A DNA stretch of 64,000 bases from a virus. A program made the translations under genes and the position numbers. This document shows, one piece after another, positions 28,527 to 40,500 of the stretch. How positions within the stretch are numbered: the stretch's first letter is position 1; each line of letters opens with the position of its first letter. The stretch spans positions 1 through 64,000 of IMG/VR virus record IMGVR_UViG_3300044535_002275, one strand, 5' to 3'. The notes under the pieces were generated by a model. It made no database searches, was not told the DNA's origin, and saw only the letters and a list, made by a program, of their open reading frames with translations.

Positions 28527-31500
28527 ATGGCAACACGTCGTACAGTTGATTTACTACCCGAGATTTTTAGAACTGATACCAATCGCAAGTTCTTAGGAGC
28601 AACGCTTGATCAGTTGACACAAGAACCTAACTTGATACGTACTCAAGGTTATGTGGGCCGTCGTGTTGGACCCGGTGTCAATCCTGCTGATAATTACGTA
28701 GTCGAATCTACAGCCGCCCGTACTGATTATCAGCTTGAACCCGGTGTAATTTTTCTGCAGCCAGAAACTACTCGTGCCATTGACGCAATCACTTACCCTG
28801 GCATGTTAGATGCACTGAATTTACAAGGTGCAGATACTACCAGACAAGATCGACTGTTTAAAAGTCAATACTATTCTTGGGATCCGTTTTGCGATTTAGA
28901 TAAGTTTGTAAACTACAATCAGTACTACTGGTTACCTGCCGGTCCGGATTCTGTAGATATTTTTGGAACCCCGATTGCCTTAACAGATTCATGGGAAATA
29001 ACACGCATTGACACCGGGTACACCTTCAGCGACATTGCCGGAGAAAACCCAGTCTTGACGCTAGTTCGCGGCGGCAATTACACGTTTGATGTTAATCAGC
29101 CTGGAAACAACTTCTGGATTCAAGCAGCACCAGGAATTAATGGTAAAATGCCTTATGCTAATAATATCAGCAGTAGGGATGTTTTAGGAGTGATAAACAA
29201 CGGCGAAGATCAAGGGTCTGTTCAATTTAATGTGCCGTTAAAATCTGCCCAAGATTTTTATTATTCTTTGTCCAGCATCGGCGAAGTTGATCTTGTTACA
29301 GATTTAAAATTCAATCAAATCAACAATGTTTATGTAGATCAATTTTTTGCTCAGTACCCCAATGGTATTGACGGGATTTCCGACCTCAACGGTCGAACAA
29401 TAGTTTTTACAAATACTATTGCCGATGCTGAAGCCGGTGGATGGGAAGTTACTACTCAATTTGATCCATTGGTTAGAACTGCTCCGGTTGATCAGCCTGA
29501 TCCATTGAATGGATTTCCTGGCAGTTATGATGTAGAGTTATTTGATCAAACAACCGCTATCACTAATCAGTCTCAGAGATATAGTGTGTGGCAGATACAG
29601 TATGTACTTGATAACCAAGGTAATGCTTACATGCAATTGGGTAGTATTCGATTGGTTCCTAATCTTAGCAAATTTACTGTGCTATTCGGGACCGTCAATG
29701 CCAGTACTCAATGGTACAAAAATGCTTCAGGGTTTTTTGAACAAATTCCTTTACTGACAGCAGTGCTTGATACCCTTTGGTATCAAGATGGAACCAACCC
29801 AGAAATTTTTGGTAGAATTAAATTAGTCGACGCTGGGCAAGAATTAATTATCGATGCCAATGATATTGTTGGAGCAAAAAACTACACTAGTCCAAATGGT
29901 GTAACTCTTACCAATGGATTAAAGGTGCAGTTTCGTGGCGAAGTTGCTCCGGCGCAGTTTCAAAATTTAGAATATTATGTAGAAGGTGTTGGTACTGGAC
30001 CCGGTATTGATGTTAGAGTTGGGTTCATCGACGGCGAAGCTTATTTTGGACCGTCGCACATTTATCAAGGTCGACGCATGACCGGAAATGTGCATTCTGA
30101 TTTAGTTTTCCAACAATATATCTACGACACAGTTGAAGAAAGTTTAGTTAACGTAGGATCCGGAGCACCCGAAGGAGCGCCATTGGCAACACAAGGGCAA
30201 TTAGGCGCCAATATCGGCAACGGCATAAAATTACTACCTGTCACTGAATTTGTTACTCCGGAAAAGTATACTCGCAGTGCAACCATTCCTTACGACAGTA
30301 CACCTTACGATGCCTCACCCTACGATGCCAGACTTAATGCACCGCAAAACTCAGATTATATTACTATTAATCGCGCCGGCCGAGACCTTAATGCCTGGAC
30401 ACGCAGTAACAGATGGTTCCATATTGAGGTAATCAGAGCAACAGCAGATTATAACAATCAAACCCTGGTGTTGGATAATTCTCTCAGAGCCAAGCGTCCT
30501 ATTATTGAGTTTAGAGCCGGATTGAATCTTTATAATTTTGGAACTCAAGGAAAAACTCCAGTTAACGTTGTTGATTTTACAGTTACAGATGCATTCAGCA
30601 CGATCAATGGACAGTTAGGTTACAGCACCGATGGCTATACTTTTTTACAAGGTAGTCGTGTAATTTTTGCAGCTGATACTGATCCTGCGGTTAGAAATCA
30701 AATTTGGGAAGTAACATTCATTGATCCAAACAATTCAGGTATAAAGATCATAGATCTTGTGCCTGTAGTCAACGGCCTGGCACTAAGAAATCAAACTGTG
30801 GTAGTTCTTAGCGGCAATTTACAACAGGGCAAGAGCTACTGGTTTGATGGCGCTGTATGGCAACCAGCTCAAGAAAAAACTCAGATAAATCAACCTCCAT
30901 TGTTTGATGTATTTGACAACGATGGAAACAGCTTTGGTGATTTATCAGTCTATCCCAGTTCAACGTTCAACGGAAGCCAGCTTTTTGGATATGCAATAGG
31001 CACTGGTCGTACTGACGATATACTTGGATTTCCTTTAAGATATCTAAACATCAATAACGTAGGAGATATTGTTTTTGAAAATTATCTCTACACTGATTCT
31101 TTTTTGTACGTTGAGGATAATGTCAGCGAGGAACTGGCAGTTAGCTCTGGTTTTATTCGTCAATACATTGATCGAGTAACTTTTACAGACGAAATTGGCT
31201 GGCAAACAGCCGCAGCTCCTTCACAGAGTCGACAGCTATTTAAATTTTCCTACGATGAATTGCCGCTGGAATTAGACATTGCAGTTGATACAAACACAAC
31301 ATTCACACCGTTACAGATTTTTGTTGAAGGGACTTTTATTGACCCAGAGAATTATGTATACGAAACAACTGCCACAACCACTGTTATAACACTGTTGTTG
31401 GACATACCTGTTGGCACTGTTATTGAAGTACAAGCTCTCAGCAATCAGGCTAGTACTGTGGGATTCTATCAGGTTCCTGCTAACTTAGAAAATAACCCGT

Positions 31501-34500
31501 TGAACGAAAACAGCGATTCATTTACACTAGGTACTATTCGCACTCATTACGAAAGCATTGGACAAAATTTAAGAAATATCGAAGGTCCTATCAATGGAGC
31601 CAACAACAGTCGAGATCTTGGTAACATTCTCAGATACGGCGATGTTATTATACAAAATTCTTCTCCTGTGGCGTTGACCGGTGTATTTTTACGTCAACAA
31701 CAGTTTGAATTATTTTCAGCACTGGATTTTAACAATCAAGAATATGCCAAGTTTAAAAATCTTTTGTTGGATCTTACCACACGCGGAGATTTTGAAAACT
31801 TTACTCCAACGCAGATATTGGACATTGTGTTGCAGGAAATCTCATTGGGCCGCAGTGAGTTGTCACCATTTTACTGGAGCGACATGCTGCCAGCTGGTGA
31901 AACTTTTACAGAAAATACTTACACCTATTCAGTTATTAGCACTCCGGTTTTCGACACCCTACAAACTTACGATTTTGAAAGTTCAAACTTCAAAGGTTTA
32001 TTGGTCTTCCTTAACGGCAGCTTATTAACTAAAGATTATGAATATATCGTATCAGATGATTCACCAACATTAACTATTACAGCGCCATTGGCCATTGGAG
32101 ACTCCATCAGAATTAGAGAATATCCAACAACTTACGGCAGTTATGTACCCAACACTCCTACAAAGATAGGATTGTATCCATCATTTAAACCTGCTATTTA
32201 CATAGACGAAACTTACCTGTCTCCGCGTGCAGTGATTCGAGGACACGACGGGTCTATTACCGTAGCATTTTCAGATGTAAGAGATCAGGTTCTGTTGGAA
32301 TTTGAAACTAGAATATTCAATAATTTAAAGATACAATCGACAGTGCCATTGGTTGCTGCAGATGTTACACCGGGCCAATTTAGAACAACAGATTATACAC
32401 TAACTGAAATCAACCAGATTCTGTCTACGGATTTTTTAAGTTGGATTGGATGGAACAAGCTAGATTATACATCGCAGACGTATCTGGAAAATAATCCTTT
32501 TACCTATAACTATAGTCAGAGTGCCAATGTTTTAACAAAAGCACCATCGATTGGCGCATGGAGAGGGATTTATAACTATTTTTACGATACCTATACTCCC
32601 AACACAACACCCTGGGAAATGCTAGGACTGGCAGAAGAACCCAGTTGGTGGCAGGAAGAATACGGTCCAGGTCCTTATACCAGTGGTAACACAGTTCTTT
32701 GGGACGACCTTGCTGCCGGTATCATCCGAGATCCGCAAGGAGCATATATTGATCCTCGATACGTGCGTCCAGAATTGCTGTCGGTGTTGCCGGTAGGTTC
32801 CGAAGGAGAACTGTTGAATCCGTTGGATTGTACAGTTGGTAATTTTGATGCCACCAGCTTCCGTAGAAGTTGGGTGTTTGGCGACGACGGACCAGTTGAA
32901 AATGCCTGGCGCACTTCCAGCGCATGGCCTTTTGCTGTCATGCGATTATTGGCATTAACAAATCCTGCTAAGTTTTTTAGTTTGTTTGCCGACAGAGATC
33001 GTTATGTTTACAATCCAGCAATTGAACAATTTCTCTGGGACGGAAGATACCGTCTTGATGCCAAAAAGCTGACACCTTTGTACGGTAATGGTGTCAGCAA
33101 AGCCAGTTATCTTGACTGGATTATCGATTACAATCGACAGTTAGGACTTAACAGTACTAACAAACTTACATTAACATTAAACAATATTGATGTCAGATTA
33201 TGCTGGAGAACCGGTTCGTTCACTGACAAACGCTACTTGAAAATTCTAACCGAACGTTCAGCCCCGGATAGTCAAAACACCAGTTTTGTGCTGCCAGACG
33301 AAAGTTATCAGTTATTACTGTACAAAAATCAGCCGTTTGAACGTATAATTTACAGTTCGGTGGTGGTACAAAAAACTGAATCCGGTTATGTGGTCTTGGG
33401 CTATAGCAATCAAGATCCATATTTTGAAGCATTAGTGTCTCGCCCTGGTCCCAACTCAGTTGATATTGCCGCTGGTAATGTATCAGTTAGACTGTCAACT
33501 GATTATACAGATAACACAGTGCGTATACCTTACGGATTTGAGTTTTCTAATACAACTGGTGTATGTGATTTCCTAGCCGGCTATGGACAACTGCTGGAAC
33601 AACAAGGCTTGATATTTGAAAACAGAGAAAATGGTTACACTTTAAATTGGTTGCAAATGGCCCAGGAATTTCTGTACTGGACACAGCAGGGTTGGGCAGT
33701 CGGCTCCATTATTAATTTAAATCCTGCAGCAACTAGTATATCGATTGAAAGGCCTCAAGCTGTAGTCGATAGTATTAATACCTACACCCCTGAGAATATT
33801 ATTCTGAATCAGAATCGTCAAGCCTTGCCGGTATCTGAATTAATTGTTGATAGACTGGATAACTTATTTCGTGTAACTACTACAACTTCTAATACCATCA
33901 ATTATATACAATTAAAGTTTACTGCGTTTGAACATCTAGTTGTTATTGATAACCGCAGTATATTTGCTGACTTGATTTATCAGCCAGTGACCGGTGTAAG
34001 ACAAAGTCGTGTGCTAGTGTCAGGATGGCTCAGTGGCGACTGGACCGGCAGACTTAATGCTCCTGGCTTTATTCTCAATCAAGACAACATCGTAGAATGG
34101 GTACCAAATCGAAAATATGCCAAGGGCGAAATTGTTCTGTTTAAAAATGAATATTGGGCAGCTGGTACTATTATTCAGCCCAGCCAGCAGTTTAATTACA
34201 ACGAGTGGGTCAAGAGCGATTACGCAGATATACAGAAAGGGTTGTTGCCTAATGCCGCTAATGCCAGTGATCAATTATCCACAGCTTACAGCGTGTACGA
34301 TGCTAATCTCGAAAGCGAAGTTGACTTGTTTAGTTACGGATTAATCGGATTCCGACCAAGAGAATATATGCAGGCACTGAATCTTGACGACGTTAGTCAG
34401 GTCAATCTATATCAGCAATTCTTAAAGTCCAAAGGTACACTTCAAAGTGCTGAATTATTCAGCTTGGCTGACCTTGGCAAGGAAACCGCTGAGTATAACA

Positions 34501-37500
34501 TATATGAATATTGGGCTATTCTGCGCAGCGCATACGGAGCCACAGCCAACCGTAGTTATTTTGAACTATTACTTAATCAAGCGTTATTGCCAAGCGATCC
34601 TAGTTTGGTGCAAGTAGTATTACCAGGACAAGAATCTCCAGCAGATCAGGCAATACTGCTGCAAAACGTCTGGAAGTCATCGACTAAGTTGACATCACCT
34701 AACATTCTACCTACCTCAGTTCCTGCAGAGACAGACCGTAATTTACCATCGGCTGGTTATCCCAATCTTGAGGACGTTGATATCACAGCATTTGATTTAG
34801 TTGCTGTTGAAAATAGCGATGCGTTAATAGGTGACATAGGTGTTGGTACTACTATCTGGGTAGCCAAGGTCAATAATTACGATTGGAATGTGTACAGAGC
34901 TCAATTGGTAAATGCTGGAATTACACAAGTTTCTGACAATCTTGAGGGACGAGCACTGGTTGAATTTGACTCAGTTCACGGACTGACAACCGGCGATCTA
35001 TTGGTCATCAAGTTTTTCAATGACGAGATTAACGGAATATATCGTGTTGGTGCAATTCCTAGCATAACAACATTGTTGATTGATTATGTATTCACCGGAT
35101 TACAAACTACCTTCACTGGAACTGGGATTGGATTTACTTTAGAAACTGCCAGAGTCTCCCAGGCTTCTGACATTGTTAATTTACCTTATGCCAAACAATT
35201 ACCGCCAGGCGTGCGTATATGGGTCGACAACAACGGGAACGGACGTTGGACAGTGATCGAAAAAACTGATCCATTTACCTCACCTTTTACAGTGGTCCCA
35301 GACGCTATAGTAGAAAATTCTAGATTCGGAGCTAGTGTTGCTCAAGGATTCCAAAATCTAAGTTCATTGGTAGGTGCTCCGGGATACAATCCTAGTGGTC
35401 TAGCAGCAGCCCCGGGTGCTGTTTATACCTATGTCAAAACTGATGCCAATACTTACAAACAAAATTCAATATTACAATTAGGTACAACAGGAACTGCCGG
35501 TTATGGTAATGCCATCGACATGGGAGATCAGCAATGGGCAATAATTGGAGCCAGTGACAGTTTAAGCGGTCAGGGCTATGCTTCGATAGTTTATAGAAAT
35601 CCTGCTTCTAATGTATTCCAGCAGTGGCAAATTTTGTCTATAGACTCTGGTAGTATAGTAACTGCTGCCGACGAGTTTGGCTACTCAGTAACTATGAGCC
35701 AAGACGAACGTTGGATTTATGTCGGTGCTCCAGCTGGTAATCGTGTATATGCATACGGCCGTGTAGATTATCAGACACAATCTGTAGAATATATTGCTGG
35801 TGCAAGTCAAAACTTGTACAACTATACAGATCATATTGTGATCGACATCGACGATCAAATTGTTGTTGCCAATGGAACAGTTTTATTGACATTGGGAATT
35901 GATTATCTGGTATCGGGTCAGAACATAGCATTTCCTGTGCCACCCTTGGCTGGTTCTCTTATTACAATCAGTCGTAGAAACTCTGCTAGCTTCCTAGGCG
36001 ACGGCAGCACAACATCATTTAATTTAGATATGTTGTATTCTGCTACTAATGATTATAGCGTGTCTGTTGAAGTAGATGGCATATTACAGCGTCCGGTAAC
36101 TGATTACTCAGTGGACGGATCAAAAAATCTTGTGTTTGTTGCTGCACCAGTTGATCAATCTGAAATTTTTGTCCGCGCTCAAACATATTTTACGCCTGTT
36201 GCAACTATCACAGCATCTGGTTTGTCGGCATCCGACAGATTTGGGCACAGCATCAGCACAACCACAGACGGACGTCATTTACTAGTAGGTGCTCCAGATC
36301 GTACTTACACCGATCCTGTTACAAGCGAAGTCTATGTTGAAGCTGGGGCTGTTTATGTATTCGACCGATCTGCACAAAATTTTCAAGTCACAGATGCATC
36401 TGATCAAACTTACACAACTGAGTTACCGTTGGTAACACCAACGCAAGTATTGTTAAACAATGCTGCATTAATCAACTCATCTGGATCTATCGGAGGACAA
36501 TATTCAACAGCCGGTCAGACAGTTACTGTTACAGCTAGCCTTTCTGTAGGCGATATTATTTCAGTTGAAACTAATCAGTTTAATCTTGTACAAGTAATAC
36601 GTTCAGATCAGGTTGACGCAGGATCTAAGTTTGGTTACAAGGTTGACCAATGCGTAAATGACTGTAGTTTATACGTGGGTTCTCCGTTTGCTGATTCTGT
36701 GTTGCCCGAATCAGGCAAGGTTGAATTTAATATCAATCAATCTAGATTTTACGGAACTATAACTAGTACAATTGCTAATCCAACATTAACTACGGGAGAT
36801 TTTGTACGTATTAATAACTTCTTTGTAGAAATCACCGGTACTACTATCGAACAGCTGGTTGAAGATATCAATAATGCAGCTTTGCCTAACGTGCAAGCAA
36901 GTTCTACACCAAATCTTACATTAATTGCCAATGGAACTACTAAATCTTTTGATGTTGGGTCAATTTATTCTGCTGCTGAGTCGTACACTACAGTAGTTTA
37001 TGTCAATGATGTTTTACAGACAAGCGGAGTTAACTACAACTACAGTTCTGCAACTCAACAAATTACATTTACTATAGCACCAGAATCTGGAAGCCGTATT
37101 GTGGTTGTCAGTGGTCGAATAACTGTATCAGCCAAGAATGTTCAAGCAGCACCAGCATTATCAAAATTAATAGTTAGTCCAGGAACTGGAACTGCATTTA
37201 TTGACATCGGTTGGCCGATTTATGCATGGCAACAGACTATTGTTTCTCCTGTAGAACAAGATTTTGCTCACTTCGGCGAAAGTATTTTCATCAGCGACAA
37301 CACAGTTACTTTGGTAATAGGTGCACCGAATGGAACAGCAATACAGTTCGATACATTTGATAATGATACTACAACATTTGATGCTGACAGTATCACGTTC
37401 TTTGATACAGTACCTCAGAGCGGCGTAGTGTACACATACGACTACCTGCCATCTTCGACGCAATCAGTGACTAATCCTGCACAGTTTGTTTTTGGTCAAC

Positions 37501-40500
37501 AGATTTTTGATAATAGTATTAATTCTTTAGACCAATTTGGAGCCAGCATTGATTATACCACTGGCACACTGTTGGTAGGATCACCCGGAAGCGATTTCAG
37601 CGACAGCCAAGCCAATTATGGTCGTATTGTCGAGCTAATCAATCCAGATCAGTCATCTGCTTGGGTAGTAACACGTACTCAGCAACCGGTAGTAGACATT
37701 GATTTGCTGAACACTGTCTACATGTATGACCGCGTCAGCAACAACACCAAACAATATTTTGATTACTTTGATCCATTACAAGGCCGTTTACTGGGCGCAG
37801 TTGCACAAAACATTGACTATATAGGTGCTGTCGATCCAGCAGCTTATAACGTTGGTCCTGTTGGCAACTACGGAAGTTCGTGGACACAAGAACGTGTGGG
37901 AGAAATTTGGTGGGATATATCCACTGTTCGGTTCCTTGACACCAATCAAGATGATGTAGTTTATGCCAGCCGACGCTGGGGGCAGATATTCCCCGGTAGT
38001 GTAGTTAGAGTCAGCCAGTGGATTGCCAGTTCGGTACCACCAACAGAATATACTGGCCCAGGGGTTCCTGTAAACTTGTTTAGCTACGTAATTTCAACGT
38101 CGTTAAATGAACAAGGTATTTTTGGAACCACATATTATTTCTGGGTTACCGGTATCAGTACTGTCAATCGAGCTGCCAAGAAAACACTCAGTATTGAAAC
38201 TATAACTCAATATATTAATAGTCCTAAAAGCAGCGGAATTTCTTACATTGCTCCTATCAATGCCAGTACCGTGGCAATTTATAACGGACTTTCGTATATT
38301 TCTGCTGAAGATACAGTGCTACACATCGAATACGATCAACAGATCAATGACGATGCAGTACACGTTGAGTACCAGTTGGTACCTCAAGACCGAGAAGACG
38401 GCTTTTTAAGTGATAGCCTGTATTTAAAAATGCAAGACAGTTTATGCGGAGTTGATACTCAAGGAAACTTAGTTCCAGATCCCTTTCTCAGCATCAGTGA
38501 GCAATACGGCGTCCAGGCCCGGCCGCGACAAAGCATGTTTGTTAATAGATTTGCTGCACTAAGAAATTATCTTGGTCGCTCTAATACAGTACTAAAGCAG
38601 TTTCCTATTGCCGAAACTCGTAGATTTAATCTACTCAATAGTCAAGAACCAGAACCTAGTAGTTTTTCCGGAGCTTGGGATTTCCGTGTAGCTAACTATG
38701 AAGAACTAACTTATCAAAACTTATCAGAAGTTCCGTTTGGGTACAGATACTTGGTAGCAAACGACTCCACTAATCGAGGACTTTGGACCATCTATCAAAC
38801 TGTCCCTGGCGTAATTCCGGGATCCAAGGAATTGACGTTAGTGCGTGTGCAAAACTATGATACCAAACAATTTTGGAGTTATATTGATTGGTACTTGCCT
38901 GGGTACAATCCCTTAACACGTATTTTAATCGAAGTTCCTACTTATTCTGCACTAGACACTATCTCCGTTCCTAACGGTAGCAGCGTTAAGGTAACTGCAA
39001 ATGCACAAGGTAAATTCGAGATTTATCAGTATCTCAATAACGAATGGGTTCGTGTAGCATTACAGGATGGAACAATTGAGTTTTCGTCAACATTATGGAA
39101 TTATATCGAAGGTCGATTTGGGTTCGATACTGAGGTATTTGACGCACAGTTTTTCGATCAAGAACCGGTAATTGAAACTCGTAAGATTATACAAGCTATT
39201 AATCAAGAATTGTTTATCGGAGAATTATTGATTGAAAGAAACCGATTGTTGATCCTGATGTTCAATTATATTTTGAGCGAACAGCAGGCCCCGACGTGGC
39301 TGACAAAAACCAGTTTGATCGACGTCGATCATACAATTCGCGACCTAGTCCCTTTTCAGAATTATAGAAGAGACAATCAAGATTTTGTAGTTGATTATAT
39401 TAAAGAAGTCAAACCATATCACGTACAGATTCGAGAATTCAACTTGATTTATAAAGGATTCGATCAATACAATGGTACAGTAAACGATTTTGACTTGCCG
39501 GCATTCTGGGATCCTGCACAAAACTTGTTTATTAGTCCGGTTTTAGATAATGTAGGCAATTTAAGCACCACCAGCAGTTTTGCTGCTACTGATCCAATCT
39601 GGACTACATTTCCCTGGAATCAATGGTATCAAAACTATCTGTTGAGCATTGAGTCAGTTAGTGTTGTCAACGGCGGTAGTGGATACACAGTGCCACCGGT
39701 TGTAATTGTAGTAGGCGAAGCAGAAGTAACTGCTGAAATGACAGCTAGAATAAACAGTGCTGGCAGTGTGATTTCGATAGATGTTGTCAATCCAGGATCT
39801 GGTTATAGTACCACTGCGGAAATTATTCTCGAAGGCGGTAACGGAACCGGGGCACAAGCAGTTGCAGTCATGGGCAATCCATTGGTTAGAGATATTGTCA
39901 CCACAATCAAATATGATCGTTATCAATATCAAACTGACATTGTAACATGGCAATCCGGAGTTAGTTACGACAACGGAACACTGGTTCGATTTGATAACCG
40001 AGTTTGGAGTGCTAGTTCTGATGATAGTTCGGCAGTTAGCGGCGATTCATTTGATCCACAGCAATGGACTTTAGTTCCTGCTGGTAACTTAACTGGTGTT
40101 GATCGTACTATGGGCTACTACGTGCCAACAGTCAATCAGCCAGGCCTTGATTTGGCACTGTTAATATCAGGAGTTGATTATCCAGGCGTACAAGTAGCAG
40201 GTCCAAACTTTAGTCAGAACACAGGCTTTGACGTCGGAAACTTTGATATAAATCCCTTCGACAATATTGCTTTTGGACCAGAAGGATTGCCCACTTACGA
40301 TCCAGCTATTTTGGATGCTATTTACGAAAGCGAATTCACTGATCCTTACTTAGGTATTGGACCCACTGCTATTAACATTGATGGCGGAGAATTTGTAGAC
40401 ACTTATTCTAGTCATGCACCTGAAGAATTAGTTCCGGGTGCAATATTTGATACCCTGGATATTCGTGTATTCACTACTCCTGGCTCTGATTGGGTTGGTG

